Shown one piece after another: positions 1 through 12,650 of a stretch of 64,000 nt of DNA. Positions within the stretch are counted from its first letter, which is position 1. Every line of letters starts with the position of its first letter. The position numbers and the translations under genes are program-made. The DNA is from Callorhinchus milii (lineage: Eukaryota). The stretch is from the NCBI RefSeq assembly GCF_018977255.1, contig NW_024704742.1, positions 129,458,001 through 129,522,000 on the forward strand, in the 5' to 3' direction. Under the pieces are notes generated by a model that worked only from the letters and a program-made list of their open reading frames with translations, had not been told where the DNA came from and did no database searches.

Positions 1-29
1 GGCTGTTGAATCTCTCCTCTAGCAATCAG
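1..29 (+). CDS. HERC1: HERC1-like exon (partial, LLNLSSSNQ)
   Basis: Ends CAG|GTAAGA in phase 0; matches the HERC1 RLLNLSPNNQ segment. Confidence 0.8.
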
Positions 30-3000
30 GTAAGATGTTCTTTTCATGTCCTGCTTATATAGTGTATCAGTCTTATTTCTCAACTTCAATTCTACTTTCA
101 CAAGAAGACCAGTTATTCTGGAATGTTACTTCAATAAGAAATATTAAGCCTAAATTTGCAGTGTTAACTTAGTAAAGTACTGATGTAAAGTAATGGTGGT
201 AGAAACCAACAGAGGGCAGCACCGTCCCAATAGGTAAATCCATTCCAGATCCTAACATCCACTGTTCAAGTGCTTTTATTTTGTAAATTTTAGGTCCTAC
301 ATCAGGAGTAAGGGTTTGTTTTTGTTTGCTATTTATTTTCCTTGATTTATCTAACTAGGAGGACTGAATTAACTGGAAATAGACCAAGTCTGTGCCAGTG
401 TTTATATTTCAAATGAGCTTCTATTCCTCTTAAATCCCTCTTCTGTAACCCTGTATTTCCTTCCTTCAAGCATTCATTGTTGAATCTGCTTTCCTTCAAA
501 GGAAATGTTAACCAAGATCCTTTCTACAAGTTTCTGATAGTGGGACATTGCTGTGCGCAAACTGACTGCCACGTTCACCTTTAGATTCAGTTACTGCACA
601 ACGACAACAACTCAAATTTATAAAGGCCCCTCATGCAGGGTAGTGTCCCAGAGCACTTGAACACTCTATGAAGTGCTTTGAGACATCTTGATGATGTGAT
701 CATGAGTGATATCAAATGGAAGGATTATTATGTTATAAAAGTAACTAAAATTGTTTTTGAATTAGTGAAGTTACTTCAATAACTGAACCTTTTTTGTTTC
801 TAGAATGTCATATCACGGTACAATATTGGAGCTTCAGCGATAGCTCAAGGACGTTTACGAGGTCTTCTCTCCCCGAAGGTCAACATTCTGCCATTGGTTC
901 GATCGATTGGAAGAACAATGATTCAGGGAAAGACTTATGGGCCTCAGATCACTGTCAAGAGAATTTCTACGAGGTAGAGAGTCTAAGTAACCTCAGAGCT
1001 GCTCTATAAACACAGGGAACCTTGTTGCTTAAAGGAGAACCCCCGAAATACAAAAGGACAACATCAACAATTAATATTTTACAGTAAAAATCTTCAAGCT
1101 ATTTTGATGCCCTTTAATGATTTTCCCCCTCCCCCTGTTCGATGCCACCGCCATGCCTTTGAGCAAAAGTTCTCATGCTCTCCCAGAAGAGCATCACCGG
1201 GCAATATAAACCATATTGAGGGGTAAATACTTGGATTTTAAGTTAAAATGGTTGTAACGGCCACTAATACTAGACAGCATGAATTAACTAGGAATTCCTG
1301 AACTATCAATAATATCCACACAGTTCCTCACCACTGTGGGAAGCTGCTGCCGTATTGAATATCATACCCATGCTATTTGGGCTTCATGTTAGCCAATGAA
1401 GACATTAGGTGTCCATACCGTACAGTGCTACCAACTGAGCTGGACCAACGCTTATTGCAATCATGGTGCCGCCATAACAACCATTATTCAGCATTGGTCA
1501 AAACCATTTTAATTTTGAAGGGTTATTGTTTTTCTAAAATAATTTTGCAAAAATGGCTTTTGTTATTGGTGCTAACAATCCAGAGCAAAGGCAGTTTGTT
1601 TGTTCACCCTAATCTTCCCAATTATGCTGTTTTTGAATATATGTCATGGAAATATGATGATTAAGATTCTGTTGTGTTTTCATGTACATTTGTTTAGTTT
1701 GTCAATATCCCTGATGCTGACTTGTCTATATGTGACTTTCAGGGGAAGGTCGAGCAAACCAATCTTCATTCAGATTGCCAAGCAAGTTGTGCAGCTCAAC
1801 GCCTCAGAACTCAGACTTCCGTCACGAGCCTGGAAAGTAAAACTGATCGGTGAAGGAGCTGATGATGCTGGTGGAGTGTTTGATGACACAATTACAGAGA
1901 TGTGCCAGGTAAATAGACATTTATTAAGATAGAAACAGGAGTAGACTATTCGGCCCCTCAAGCCTGTTCCGCCATTCTATAAGATCATAGCTGATCTGCA
2001 CCTCAGTTACCAATTACACGCCCTTGCCCCGTATTCCTGACCTAACAATTATCCATCCAACTCAATCTTGAAGATGTGAATGGATCCACAGCCTTTTGGA
2101 GAGAGAGTTACAGATTTCAAATTTATTGTTAGGAACAAACGATTATGGTCTTCCAGTACCAAACTGGTGGTGTCTTTATCTTAGGTAGAGGAACAAAGGG
2201 ATGTGGGGATTTGGGTTCATGGGACTCTCAAAGTAGCAGCCCAGGTGGACTAGACCATAACTAATGCAAGTAGAGTGCTTCACTTTATAGCCAGAGGAAT
2301 ACAATAGTAAGGAAATTTTAATAATAATATAATAATCTTTGAAGTTGGTATAGCGATTATCAAAATGTTTCAAAAATGTATGTACGTTTTAAATTTGTAT
2401 AAAATCTTCGTAGTGCAGTTCTGGTCTCCATTCTATAGAAAGGATATTGCAGCAATGGAGAAAGTGCAGAATAGATTTTCTGGAATTTTATCAAAGATGA
2501 GTCAATACAGTTTTCAGGAAAGATTGGATAGATTAGAACTTTTTTCTTTAAAGTTTGGATGATTGAGAGAAGACCTAAAAGAGATGTTTTAAAACTGTGA
2601 AAAGATTTGATAAGGCGGTCAAAACTAGGCTGTTTCCACTAAATAGTGAGTCCAAATCAAGGGGATTTAAATATAAGACAGCCTTTACCAGATCTAAAAG
2701 ATGGTTTAGGATGAACTTCTTTACCATATTTGTCTCAAACGGTCGCTGCACTTTACAGCAATTACTTGTGAAGTACTTTGAGACACTTTAATGTGATAAG
2801 GTGGAAGCCTTTAAAGGCAAGGTCAAGGATCTGTACTGATTTGGTGACGTGGAGTGTGCATCCCTGAATAGTGATGCTGTCAGCTCCTGAGATTAGGAGA
2901 TGCTGATGGGAGCCAAGCAGGAGAGCCTCAGTCTAGTCGACGTACAATTGGAGAAAATTGGCTCTCATCCAGGACTTGATGTCTGCAAGACAATCTGTCT

Positions 3001-6000
3001 GGACAGCAGTGGTCCTGGAGTTGAGTGTGGAGACAACAACAACAAGATTACATTTGTATAGCCTTTCATGTCGGGAGACGTCCCAAGGCGCTGACGGAGA
3101 CATCTGAATGCATGTGGAACTTAGCCCCACAGATGATACCTCTGAGCGGGAGCAGGCAAATATTAAAGAAGATATAGAATCATAGAATGTTACGGCACAG
3201 AAGGAGGCCATTCGGCCCATCGAGTCTGTGCTGGCTCTTTGACAGAGCAACTGACTTTTATTAACCCCACTCACCAGCTTTCTCCCCATAACCCTGCAAA
3301 CCTGTCTTCTCCAGACAGGTTGACCAAGGACAAAGCCCAAAGTGTACAATTTTTTTATATCATTGAAATAGTTCAATTTTGCAAAATCATTGACACTGAA
3401 TTGACTTGTTAGGGTTTGTGATTTGACTTGTTTACAAGCCCATTTGTCAGGATTCGTGTCCGCACATTATCACAGTTTTTTATATGGAGAATTTCAATCC
3501 GCCGAGACGAAGGGTTGATTTTTTTCTGTTCTGTTAATTTTTCACTTTCTCTTTTCAGGAATTGGAGACTGGAGTGGTTGAACTACTGGTTGCAACCCCT
3601 AATGGCACTGCAGAAGTTGGCAGCAACCGAGACAGGTGAAAACAAAATGCTAATTTTCCAACAAAGTATAACTTTCTATCATTGAGCCTTTCACATTCCA
3701 GCATTGAATGTAATAATAAGAATCCTCATCTAATCTGAAGGCTGGCACCTCCAACAATGCAGCACATCACCAGCACTGCATTAAATTATATGAGTTCCAA
3801 ATCCCGACATGGGACTTGAACCCTCAACCTCTTGACTCGGGTGAGAGAGCTACCACCTGAGCCAGGCTGACAAATGTAACAGAACAAAATATGTTTGACT
3901 GGGGAAGTAGTGACTGATTAATATTGTCCTGAATGACACTTGTACAGAAGTATAAAATCAAACCGGGTTTGAACCAGGAGATAGCGTGCTCACCTCGCAA
4001 GCAAGAGGACCTGGGTGTAATTCCCAGACGGGGCAAAACCTTAGGCAGGTTTCCTTACTCCACACTCCTCTGTTTACCTAGTAGTAAGTAGGAACCCGGT
4101 TGTTATCAACGGATCACTTTCCGGGGATAGTATTCCCTTGGGGGGGGGGGAATATGGTTACTGAATCCACAACTGTTTGTGCGATGCTACTGTGTGCAAT
4201 TGGCTGCTGCTCTCCTGGACGAGGGCCAACTTTCTTCAACTCAACGTCAGCAAGACCGAGGACCTACTGATTGGCTCGCGCCAGCGCCTCCGCACCTCAG
4301 ACTCTGGCAGCATCAGCCTCCACGGCTGCACCCTCCACCTCACTAAGCCAGTCAGAAATCTGGGTGTCTTGCTTGACCCTGAACTGTCCTTTCTCCCCCA
4401 CATCTGCGCCATGACCGGCAATGCCTACCACCACCTCCGCAACATTGCCAGGATCCGCCACTGCCTCACCCCTCAGGCTGCCGAAACCCTCACCCACGCA
4501 TTCGTCACCTCAAGGCTTGATTATGGGAACTCCCTCCTCATCGGCCTTCCCAACTCTTCCCTTCACAAGCTGTAGATCATCCAAAACTCTGCAGCTCGTG
4601 TGCTCTCACGCACCAGGCTCCGCGACCCCATCACTCCCACCCTCGCCCGACTCCACTGGCTCCCCATCCCCCAGAGGATTGAGTTCAAGATCCTCGTCCT
4701 CACCTTTAAGGCCATCCATGGCCTTGCCCCCTCCTACCTCTGACCTGCTGACTCCGTACCAAACTGCCCGCTCCCTCCATTCATCAGGCTCCGGCCGCTC
4801 CATGTCTCCCGCCTGACCCACCCTACCATCGGTGGCCGGGCTTTCAGCCTCTCTGCCCCCAGACTCTGGAACTCCATCTGACAGTCCCTTCACCTCACTT
4901 CCTCCCTTGCCTCCTTCAAGGCTGGTCTCAAGATCCTTCTCTTTGACCGTGCCTTTGGTCTCCCTCCCACCTCTCTGCCTTCCCTCACCGCTACATCACC
5001 CCTCCCCCATGCTCAGACCCCGACACCTGACTGTTCAGCGCTTTGGGACTTCCTCCCGACGTGATAGGCACTCTATAAATATAATTTTTTTGTTGTTTTT
5101 GTTACTGCGTTTCACCCACAGAATACAATCAATCCACTTTACAATATATTTTATGAAGCACTTTGAGACGTTACAACAACATGATAAGGTGCTATATCAA
5201 ATGCAAGGATTATTATCTATTCTGAGAAAGTTGCAAATACAGTATTCCTTAAATGAATCTTTTCTGCGCTCTTTTCAGGTTCTTACTGAACCCATCAGCC
5301 TGCACTGAGGAACATCTCCTGCAGTTTAAGTTTCTGGGAATCCTGATGGCTGTGGCCATTCGCACCAAGAAACCATTGGACTTGCATCTCGCACCTCTGG
5401 TGTGGAAACAGCTCTGCTCAATCCCTCTCACCACTGAAGACTTGGAGGAGGTTGATTTACTTTATATTCGGAGTTTGTATGGAATCTTACATCTGGACAA
5501 TAGTGGAATTACAGAGGACAATTTCCTGGAGGTAAGGATATAACCTCGCGCCCCACTCCCCAGCTCTCATTTCCATTAGCAGAGACACTAAAATGAATTT
5601 CCAACAACAACGTGCGTTATATAGCGCCCCTCACGAGGTTAGTGTCTCGGAGTGCTTAAACAGTGGTGACTTAATGCTGAGCCAGAAGGGAAGGTACACG
5701 AAGACACAGTTAAAGAGGAAAGTCTTCAAATGTGATTTGAAGACTGGCAAAGAGGGGCGGAATGGAAGGATTGAGGCAAGGAATTCCAGCAATTTGGGGC
5801 TGGAAGCACAGGTGCTAATTGTGGAGCAGAAGACCTGTGTTAGCTGAGCGAAGGTGGTGAGTAGGTAGAGTGGGGTGTGAGCAGACAGAACGGTGTTCAT
5901 TGGTTTATCGGCACTCTACCATTGAGTGGTTTATGCTTGCATATGGTTCGGTGTTTCCTAAGCTATTTGGAGAGAGTATTGTGCAGAAGCTGGATCTTTA

Positions 6001-8589
6001 CCAATAGCAAAGGAAAATGGAGAGCAAATTTCCTCACATCTCCAAGTAGTTGTACTGTGAGCAAACTATCTTCCTGCGTTCTTGTCCTGGGAATGGTACA
6101 AAACAATCCCAAATTGATTGTTAGTTCTTATTGCACTAAACATGTTAATAACGATAATGAAAATGGGTGGTAACATAATTACGCCAAGGGAACCCTGTAT
6201 ACTGTTCAGTGAATATTAGTCACCGAGTGTGCTTCAGGAAATGTCTAAATCCACATTCCAGAAAATAGCATTCCCTTTATGTGGCTCAGAATTGTGTCTT
6301 ATCAATAACCTCTCATTTATCTTTCATATTTTATTTTTTCCAGATGATTCCTTTGGACTCTTTTGTTGGTCAGAGTGTTGATGGTAAATTAGTCCCCATA
6401 ATTCCTGGAGGAAATAGCATCCCTTTGACCTTTGGAAACAGGAAGGAGTACGTGGAGAGAGCAATTGAGTACAGACTCCATGAATTAGATCAGCAGGTTA
6501 GAATTGGTCATTAAATGGTTTGATCTGTGGATTTATGTCTGTGGGCAACCTTTTCATTCCATTTATCCACTTTTTCTTCCTCATCCCTTAGAATTTTGAA
6601 TTCACATTTGAAGAATGATAATAGTAATGTTCCTTGCATTTGATATAGCGCCTTATCACATCTTCGAGACGTCTCAAAGCGTTTCACAGAGTATACTGTA
6701 AAGTGAATTGACTGTATTTTGTGGGTGAAATGCGGTGGTCCACAAAATAATGATCCACAAACAGTTGTGGATTGAGTAAGAAAATAATTATTATTTTTTT
6801 GAAGGAATTATTACCCCCGGAAATTTAAGAGTCCTCATGAAGTGAAAGGCGTTCTATCAAATGCAATGATTAGTATTTTGTTATTAAACCCTTTCAATAC
6901 CTTAATATATAATCGTTGCATTTGATGTAGCATTTCTCAAGTCGTTGAAGTCCTTCAAGACCCTCTCTGATTCTCGACCCCCAGCTCGGATCCAAAACAC
7001 TGATTGTCCAGTGCCTTGGGACGTCCTCCTGACTTTAAAAGTGTTATACAAATGTAATTTTGTTGTTGTTGTTGATGTCTAAAAGTCCATCAAAGGATAT
7101 GCTATAAAGTAAATTGACTATTTTTCATGAAACCAATTTTATTTATAAATGACCTTTTATGAAGACACTTTTGCAATGTCTCCTTTTGGGGCTAAAGAGC
7201 CCTATCTCTTCTAGTTGTTCCTCTTTGCTCCCCTCTAGATTCCCTCTTAGAACCTAGTCAGATGGAATGACAAAGTGACAAATTATCCTTGTGGTGTTTT
7301 GATTGCTTTCAGATTGCAGCAGTCAGGCAAGGGATGTCAGCCATTGTCCCCGTGCCTCTTCTGTCTCTGCTCACAGAGAGACAACTGGAACAGCTGGTTT
7401 GTGGAATGCCAGAGGTTAACGTGGACACCTTGAAGAAGGTTGTCCGCTACCGTGACATTGTTGAAAACCACCAGCTTCTGAGTTGGCTCTGGCAAACGCT
7501 GCAGGAGTTCTCAAATGAAGAGAGAGTGCTGTTTCTTCGCTTTGTATCCGGGCGCTCCAGACTGCCAGCCAACCCTGCAGACATCACCCAGAAGTTTCAA
7601 ATTATTAAAGTGGACAGGGTAAGTGTGCTGCATTCAAGGATGGAGAGAAAATCCTTTAAATAATAGCACAAAAGGATGGGAAAATATTTAATTTGTGCAC
7701 TATGATCTTCCTGTTCTCTTCCCCATCACCTAAAGCATAACCCCCAAAATATAGGATTAGCAAATGACAATAAACAATGGTATTTCACTTTATGTTCATT
7801 GTGCGTCTTTGCTTTTCAATTCTGCCCCACACTCCCATTCTCTGGAACTCGGTTGTGGAGTTCGCCTCACCAGCTTCCTCCCAGGCTTTAACACCCTTTT
7901 AACGGACTTTTCTCAAAACCTGTTTGGTTCGACCTTCTACACATCTGAAAGTCAGGAACTATCTGGGTCCTGTAATTAGTTTTTTTCATGTATGGAATTG
8001 TACAGTGAGTAAGTTGGATTTTTTTTTCCTGACTGCGCTTTTGGTCACCATTCCTCCACATCCATCATCAGCTCTCCTCCCCACCCCACCCCCGGCGGGG
8101 GCACCAGCTGATTCTGTGAAGCGCTTTTAGACATCCTCCAAACATGCAATGAGTTGTGTAAATGTAAAATCTTTGTTGTTTTCAATAATACTACTGTAAA
8201 GCTCACATAAATCTGATCTGTATAAATCGTATAATTGCCACCTGCCCAAGTCCCATGCAAGAGTTTAGATTTTATGCAAGTTTGACATTGCTCATACTTG
8301 GCGAAAGTAGTACAGTATTATCAAATGTATGGCCCCAACTTACGTGAGGTTTACTGTAATACCTTGACGAGTTCTATTGACTGATTTACTTCTGCTTCTT
8401 TAGCCAGTGGATGGTCTTCCTACAGCGCAGACGTGCTTCTTCCAGCTCCGTCTGCCTCCTTACACAAGCCAGCAAGTCCTGGCTGAACGCTTGCGATATG
8501 CCATACAGAACTGCCGATCAATCGACATGGACAACTACATGCTATCCAGGAATGCTGACACCGGGGAAGGTTCAGACACCGAATATTGA
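1..8589 (+). CDS. HERC1: HERC1-like giant E3 ubiquitin ligase, 3' part (HECT domain), spliced; 5' end outside window
   Basis: Exons <1-29, 804-973, 1743-1908, 3559-3635, 5279-5531, 6344-6496, 7313-7618, 8404-8589, all GT-AG with matching phases. The joined protein has GPQITVKRISTR, GEGADDAGGVFDD, FVSGRSRLP, catalytic TAQTCFF and ends DMDNYMLSRNADTGEGSDTEY*, the HERC1-type C-terminus. Orthologue versus paralogue not settled. Confidence 0.93.
804..973 (+). CDS. HERC1: HERC1-like exon (NVISRYN...GPQITVKRIST)
   Basis: TTCTAG| acceptor, AG|GTAGAG donor, 170 nt. Reading frame is not the one in the ORF track. Confidence 0.92.
1743..1908 (+). CDS. HERC1: HERC1-like exon (GRSSKPIF...TEMCQ)
   Basis: TTTCAG| acceptor, CAG|GTAAAT donor; HECT N-lobe GEGADDAGG. 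Confidence 0.95.
2215..2722 (+). mobile_element. Decayed CR1 LINE 3' fragment
   Basis: VQFWSPFYRKDIAAMEKVQNRF...RLDRLELFSL remnant of the CR1 ORF2 C-terminus. Confidence 0.75.
3559..3635 (+). CDS. HERC1: HERC1-like exon (ELETGVVELLVATPNGTAEVGSNRD)
   Basis: TTTCAG| acceptor, AG|GTGAAA donor, 77 nt. Confidence 0.92.
4211..5103 (+). mobile_element. 5'-truncated L2-clade LINE inserted in a tRNA-SINE (SINE halves ~3970-4210 and ~5104-5216)
   Basis: [12 protein letters not shown]...HAFVTSRLDYGNSLL...LHWLP motifs; 3' tail GCGCTTTGGGAC...CTATAAAT plus (TTG)n. Confidence 0.85.
5279..5531 (+). CDS. HERC1: HERC1-like exon (FLLNPSAC...EDNFLE)
   Basis: TTTCAG| acceptor, GAG|GTAAGG donor, 253 nt. Confidence 0.95.
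6344..6496 (+). CDS. HERC1: HERC1-like exon (MIPLDSFVG...LHELDQQ)
   Basis: TTCCAG| acceptor, CAG|GTTAGA donor, 153 nt. Confidence 0.95.
7313..7618 (+). CDS. HERC1: HERC1-like exon (IAAVRQG...IIKVDR)
   Basis: TTTCAG| acceptor, AGG|GTAAGT donor, 306 nt. Confidence 0.95.
8404..8589 (+). CDS. HERC1: HERC1-like last coding exon with HECT catalytic Cys (PTAQTCFF)
   Basis: CTTTAG| acceptor, TGA stop at 8587-8589. Confidence 0.96.
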   Translation, partial: PVDGLPTAQTCFFQLRLPPYTSQQVLAERLRYAIQNCRSIDMDNYMLSRNADTGEGSDTEY

Positions 8590-10443
8590 CGGCTGACACC
8601 TTCATTCAGTACCACCCTAACCCGCTGAAAGTCACATTTTCAATTAAAGGAAACTCAGGAGATTAAAAAAAATTGAGAACTGAGCAGCTTACACATAGGA
8701 GAACGTTTTTTTTAAAATTAACCTTTTCTACTTTGCAGGATAAGCATTTGCTACATTACAAGTTTTACACCAAAAACAATGCACCAGTGTTACTTTTTTA
8801 AAAAACCTGTTTGGTTTGACTTTGTACACGTCTGAAAATCAGGAACACTCTGCATCCTGTAAATTGTAAAATGTTTTTTTGAGTAGAAAGCATGTTTGTA
8901 TGGTACAGTGAAGAGTAAGCGTAGCACTTTGATTAATTTAAGCATCTTGTGTACAGAGCCAGAGTGGATGATTGCCAAACAGTAATCTTAATGATGGAAG
9001 CTAATGGTGAATCTAATTGTTTGGTACTAAAGTAATCTCACACTACACTGAACATTACAGTATCTGATTTCTGCTAAAAAGCAGTCACAGCATTGTCTTC
9101 TGTGGCCGGTGGGTGTTCATGTTTAATGGTGATTGAGGAAAAACGACAATTAAATATTTGAAGGAAAATTTGGTTTCTTAGCCCCATGAATTTAGCCTGT
9201 AAGATTACACACATTTCAGTGGAAAAGGACTATTTGTCCCTTTCCATTACTGAATGTTTTCTCTGCTGATTGCAACAGTAATATGCACATCTTTTTCATC
9301 ATGTAAGATGTTTAGAGGTTGTTTTCTGTATAGCTGTAATGATGAATATTAAAAGCATACTTAATACAATAATAATGAGACCGTTAATATTGCTCTTTTT
9401 TAAAACAACTTGGTGTGGCCCTTGAGGTCGAGATAGCGCTTTTTGGGGAGGGGGAGAACATTACAAGGCAGAATTGTTATTGTCATGTCATGTAACAGTA
9501 CTGTCCACGCAGTATTTGTATGTGCTTTATTTCTGTTTAAAGGTTTTCTGTTCAGAGGTCAAGCACGGTCCTGCTTCATGTCCCCCACAGTTCCTGCCTC
9601 ACCATTGTTCCCACATTTGATATTTTTTTACAGACACTATTCAACTCGTTTGTCTCTGGTATGAAGGACAATGCAGTACATGTACAAGTGAGGGTGATAT
9701 TGAGCACACAAAGAACAAACCTTTTTGTGTGGGTGGAGGGGAGAACTGATATAAAAAGGCAGTCGAGGGAAAAAAACATGTTTTACCTTTTATATTGTTG
9801 AATATTGCCAGAAGCTTGTATGTTTTCCCAGTACCTTCTGTCCCACTGCCAGATGTGTGTATAAGATACATCCTCTTCAATTCAATAATCATTATATCAG
9901 CTAGTATATAATGACCGCTAACCGCTGGTACCCTCTCCCTGTAGCCTTCCATCTTACCCCCATTCTGTGTTTAAATCTGCCTAAAACATATCTATCTTTA
10001 CAGGCACCTCACTCTTCTCCTTCCCCACTGCCTCAGTTTCACCTTCCATCTGAATCCCATCCCATCCTTGTGAAGCTCTCCTACATTATAATAATCCTTA
10101 CAACAACGAGTTACTCAGTTAATGACGTAATTTAAGAATGTGATGATGAAGTGGATCATCCAGTCATTGCCTAGACCTGACAATATTTAGGCTTGTCGGT
10201 TTTCACATGTTAATTTATTTAAAATATGTATTCATAGGTTTTCTGATGTTCTCCAATTGTAAGAAAATGGATTCCCACCATAAAATGTTTTCTATTCCTT
10301 TTTTTAAAATTTTACACTTCAAAAATGGCCAATTTCCAAGGTGTAAGGTCACCACAGATGTCACTTCCTGTTTGCTCAAAGCAACATCACTTCCTGCAGC
10401 AGTGGTGGAAGTTGACCAATTTTTGTGATCACCAAAATTGTTC

Positions 10444-10471
10444 AATAAAAACAAAACAAAAGTAAAATAAA
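10444..10471 (+). terminator. Candidate poly(A) signals of the HERC1-like gene
   Basis: AATAAA at 10444-10449 and 10466-10471, at the end of a ~1.9 kb AU-rich, repeat-free stretch after the stop. Confidence 0.5.
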
Positions 10472-11035
10472 CATTAGCTGCGTGCCCCAAGTACAGTTAT
10501 AAACTGATAATTAACACCTCATCTCACAATAATTATCCTCTGCGCCTTTATTTCTGAGGATAAAATTTGATTTAAAATCTTGGGAGCATAAATCGGATGA
10601 AATCATCTATTCATCTGCTTACATAGTGACGTACTTACTTATGGAATCCTGCCAGAATCACCACATTATTCATCACATCTGCATAGGGAACAGATTCTCA
10701 ATTTCTCCGGTCCAGTGAAGTATCTTGAAATAAATTGATTCCCTTATGGAAATCTACAAAACAAGTTTAACTATTGCAGGGTACTGAGTCACTCCATGGT
10801 AAATCTTGTGAAGTGTTTTGAGACAACATCCCAGTGTGAAAGGACACATATAAAGCTATAATGGCAAATTAAACCAAAACATACCAAAATGGCCAACAGA
10901 AAAATAAAAGCGGAGATTAAGAAAAAAAGACCTGTTCTCCTCTGCATTGCCTGTAAAGCCTGGGCAAGCCTCTTATATTGATACCAAATGTTATTAAGTT
11001 AGAATAGGAAATGTAGATACTCCATGGAAGCATTA

Positions 11036-12650
11036 CATACGAAATTACATTTGTATAGTGCCTTTCACATTGGGAGGACGTCCCAAGGGTGGACAGGGAT
11101 TTGGACCCGAGCTGGGGGTGGGGAGGGTAGGGGAGTGGCCGAAGGCACGATTGAAGAGGTGGGTTTTGAGACGGGCCTTAAAGGAGGCAAGGGAGGGAGC
11201 GAGATGAAGGGAGTGGAGTCCTGTAGCTCAGTGGTTAGAGCACTCGCTTTGCAAGCGAGAGACCTGAGTTCAATTCCAGGCAGAGGGCGAAACCTTGGGC
11301 AAGTTTCCTTACTCCACACAGAGCCTAATAATAATCCCTCCAAAAACAATAATAAATTGGTCATTTTTAATCTACAACTGTTTGTGGGACATTGCTGTGC
11401 GCAATTGGCTGCCGCGTTCGCCCACAAATATACAGTCAATTCACTTTACAGTGTGTTCTGTAAAGAGATTTGGGACGACCTCCCGACGTGAAAAGCGCTA
11501 TATCAAATGCAAGGATTATTATTATTATTATTAACGTGGGATGGAGTTCCATAGGTGGGGGCAGAAAAGCTGAAGGGCTGGCCACCAATGTTGTGGGGGG
11601 GCGCATTGGGGATGTGGAGTAGACCACAGCTTGCTGAGTGAAGGGAGCGGACAGGGTGATGCGGTCAGCTTGTCGCAGAGGTAGGAAGGAGCAAGGCCGT
11701 GAAGTCTTGAAGGCAAGGACAAGTACTTTGAACTCTATCCTCTGGGGGATGGGGAGTCAGAGGAGCCAGGCGAGAGCGGAGGTGATGGTGCAGAAGTGGA
11801 CACCAGGCTCCGAGACCCTATCACTCCCAGCTTGTGGAGGGAAGAGTTGGGAATGCCGACAAGCAGGGAGTTGGCATAATCAAGCTTTGATGTGATGAAT
11901 GCGTGGATGAGGGTTTCGGCGGCCTGAAGGGTGAGGCAGTGTCAGAGCTGGATGATGTTGCAGAGGTGGGAGAAGGCAGAGCGGGTCATGGCACAGATGT
12001 GGGGCAGAAGACAGTTGTGGGTCAAACAAGACCCCAAGGTTCCGGACTGGCTCGTTGAGGTGGAGTGTGACTCCCTGGATGGTGATGCTGTCAGTGCCTG
12101 AGGTGAGGGGGTGCTGACGGGAGCCAATCAGGAGAGCCTCGGTCTTGTTGATGTTCAACTGAAGAAAGTTAGCTCTCATCCAGGAGTTGATGTCTGACAG
12201 ACATTCTGTCTGCACAATAGTGGTCCTGGAATCGAGGATGGAGGCAGAGAGGTAGAGTTGGGTGTCATCCACATACAAGTGGAAGTTGACCCCCATGTCT
12301 GCGGATGATATCATCAAGAGGGAGCATATAGATATTGAAGAGGAGGGGACCAAGGACAGAGCCCTGAGGAACGCCAAACGAGACAGTGCGTGAGCTAGAG
12401 GAGAAACCGTTTGTGGAGGTGAAATCAAGACGGTGTGAGGTAAGATCCAAACCATTCAAGGACAGAACCATGAAGGTTGAGGTGAGAGGAGAGGACAGAG
12501 CGGTAAAGGAGGATAGAGTGATCAACGGTATTGAAGGCAGCAGAGAGGTCAAGGAGGACGAGGAGGCAGAGGGAGCCCTGGTCACAGATGGACAAGATAT
12601 CATTTGTCATCTTGACCAAAGCTGTTTTTGCGCAGAGGGATAGAGGCGGA
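11036..12650 (-). mobile_element. 5'-truncated L2-clade LINE (RT region to 3' tail)
   Basis: [36 protein letters not shown] in broken frames. Confidence 0.88.
11213..11532 (+). mobile_element. Full-length tRNA(Ala-like)-headed SINE with L2-like tail and (TTA)n
   Basis: A box TAGCTCAGTGG, B-box-like GAGTTCAATTCC, central GTGGGACATTGCTGTGCGCAATTGGCTGCC core (Deu-domain-like), tail shared with L2. Roughly 30 or more related copies or fragments in the window. Confidence 0.88.

Noticed and set aside
11216..11290. tRNA-like sequence with A and B boxes and a TGC anticodon-like loop (also 27740-27810, 60940-61006, 63232-63295)
   Set aside because: No acceptor stem, and it continues into the SINE body. 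These are SINE heads, not tRNA genes.
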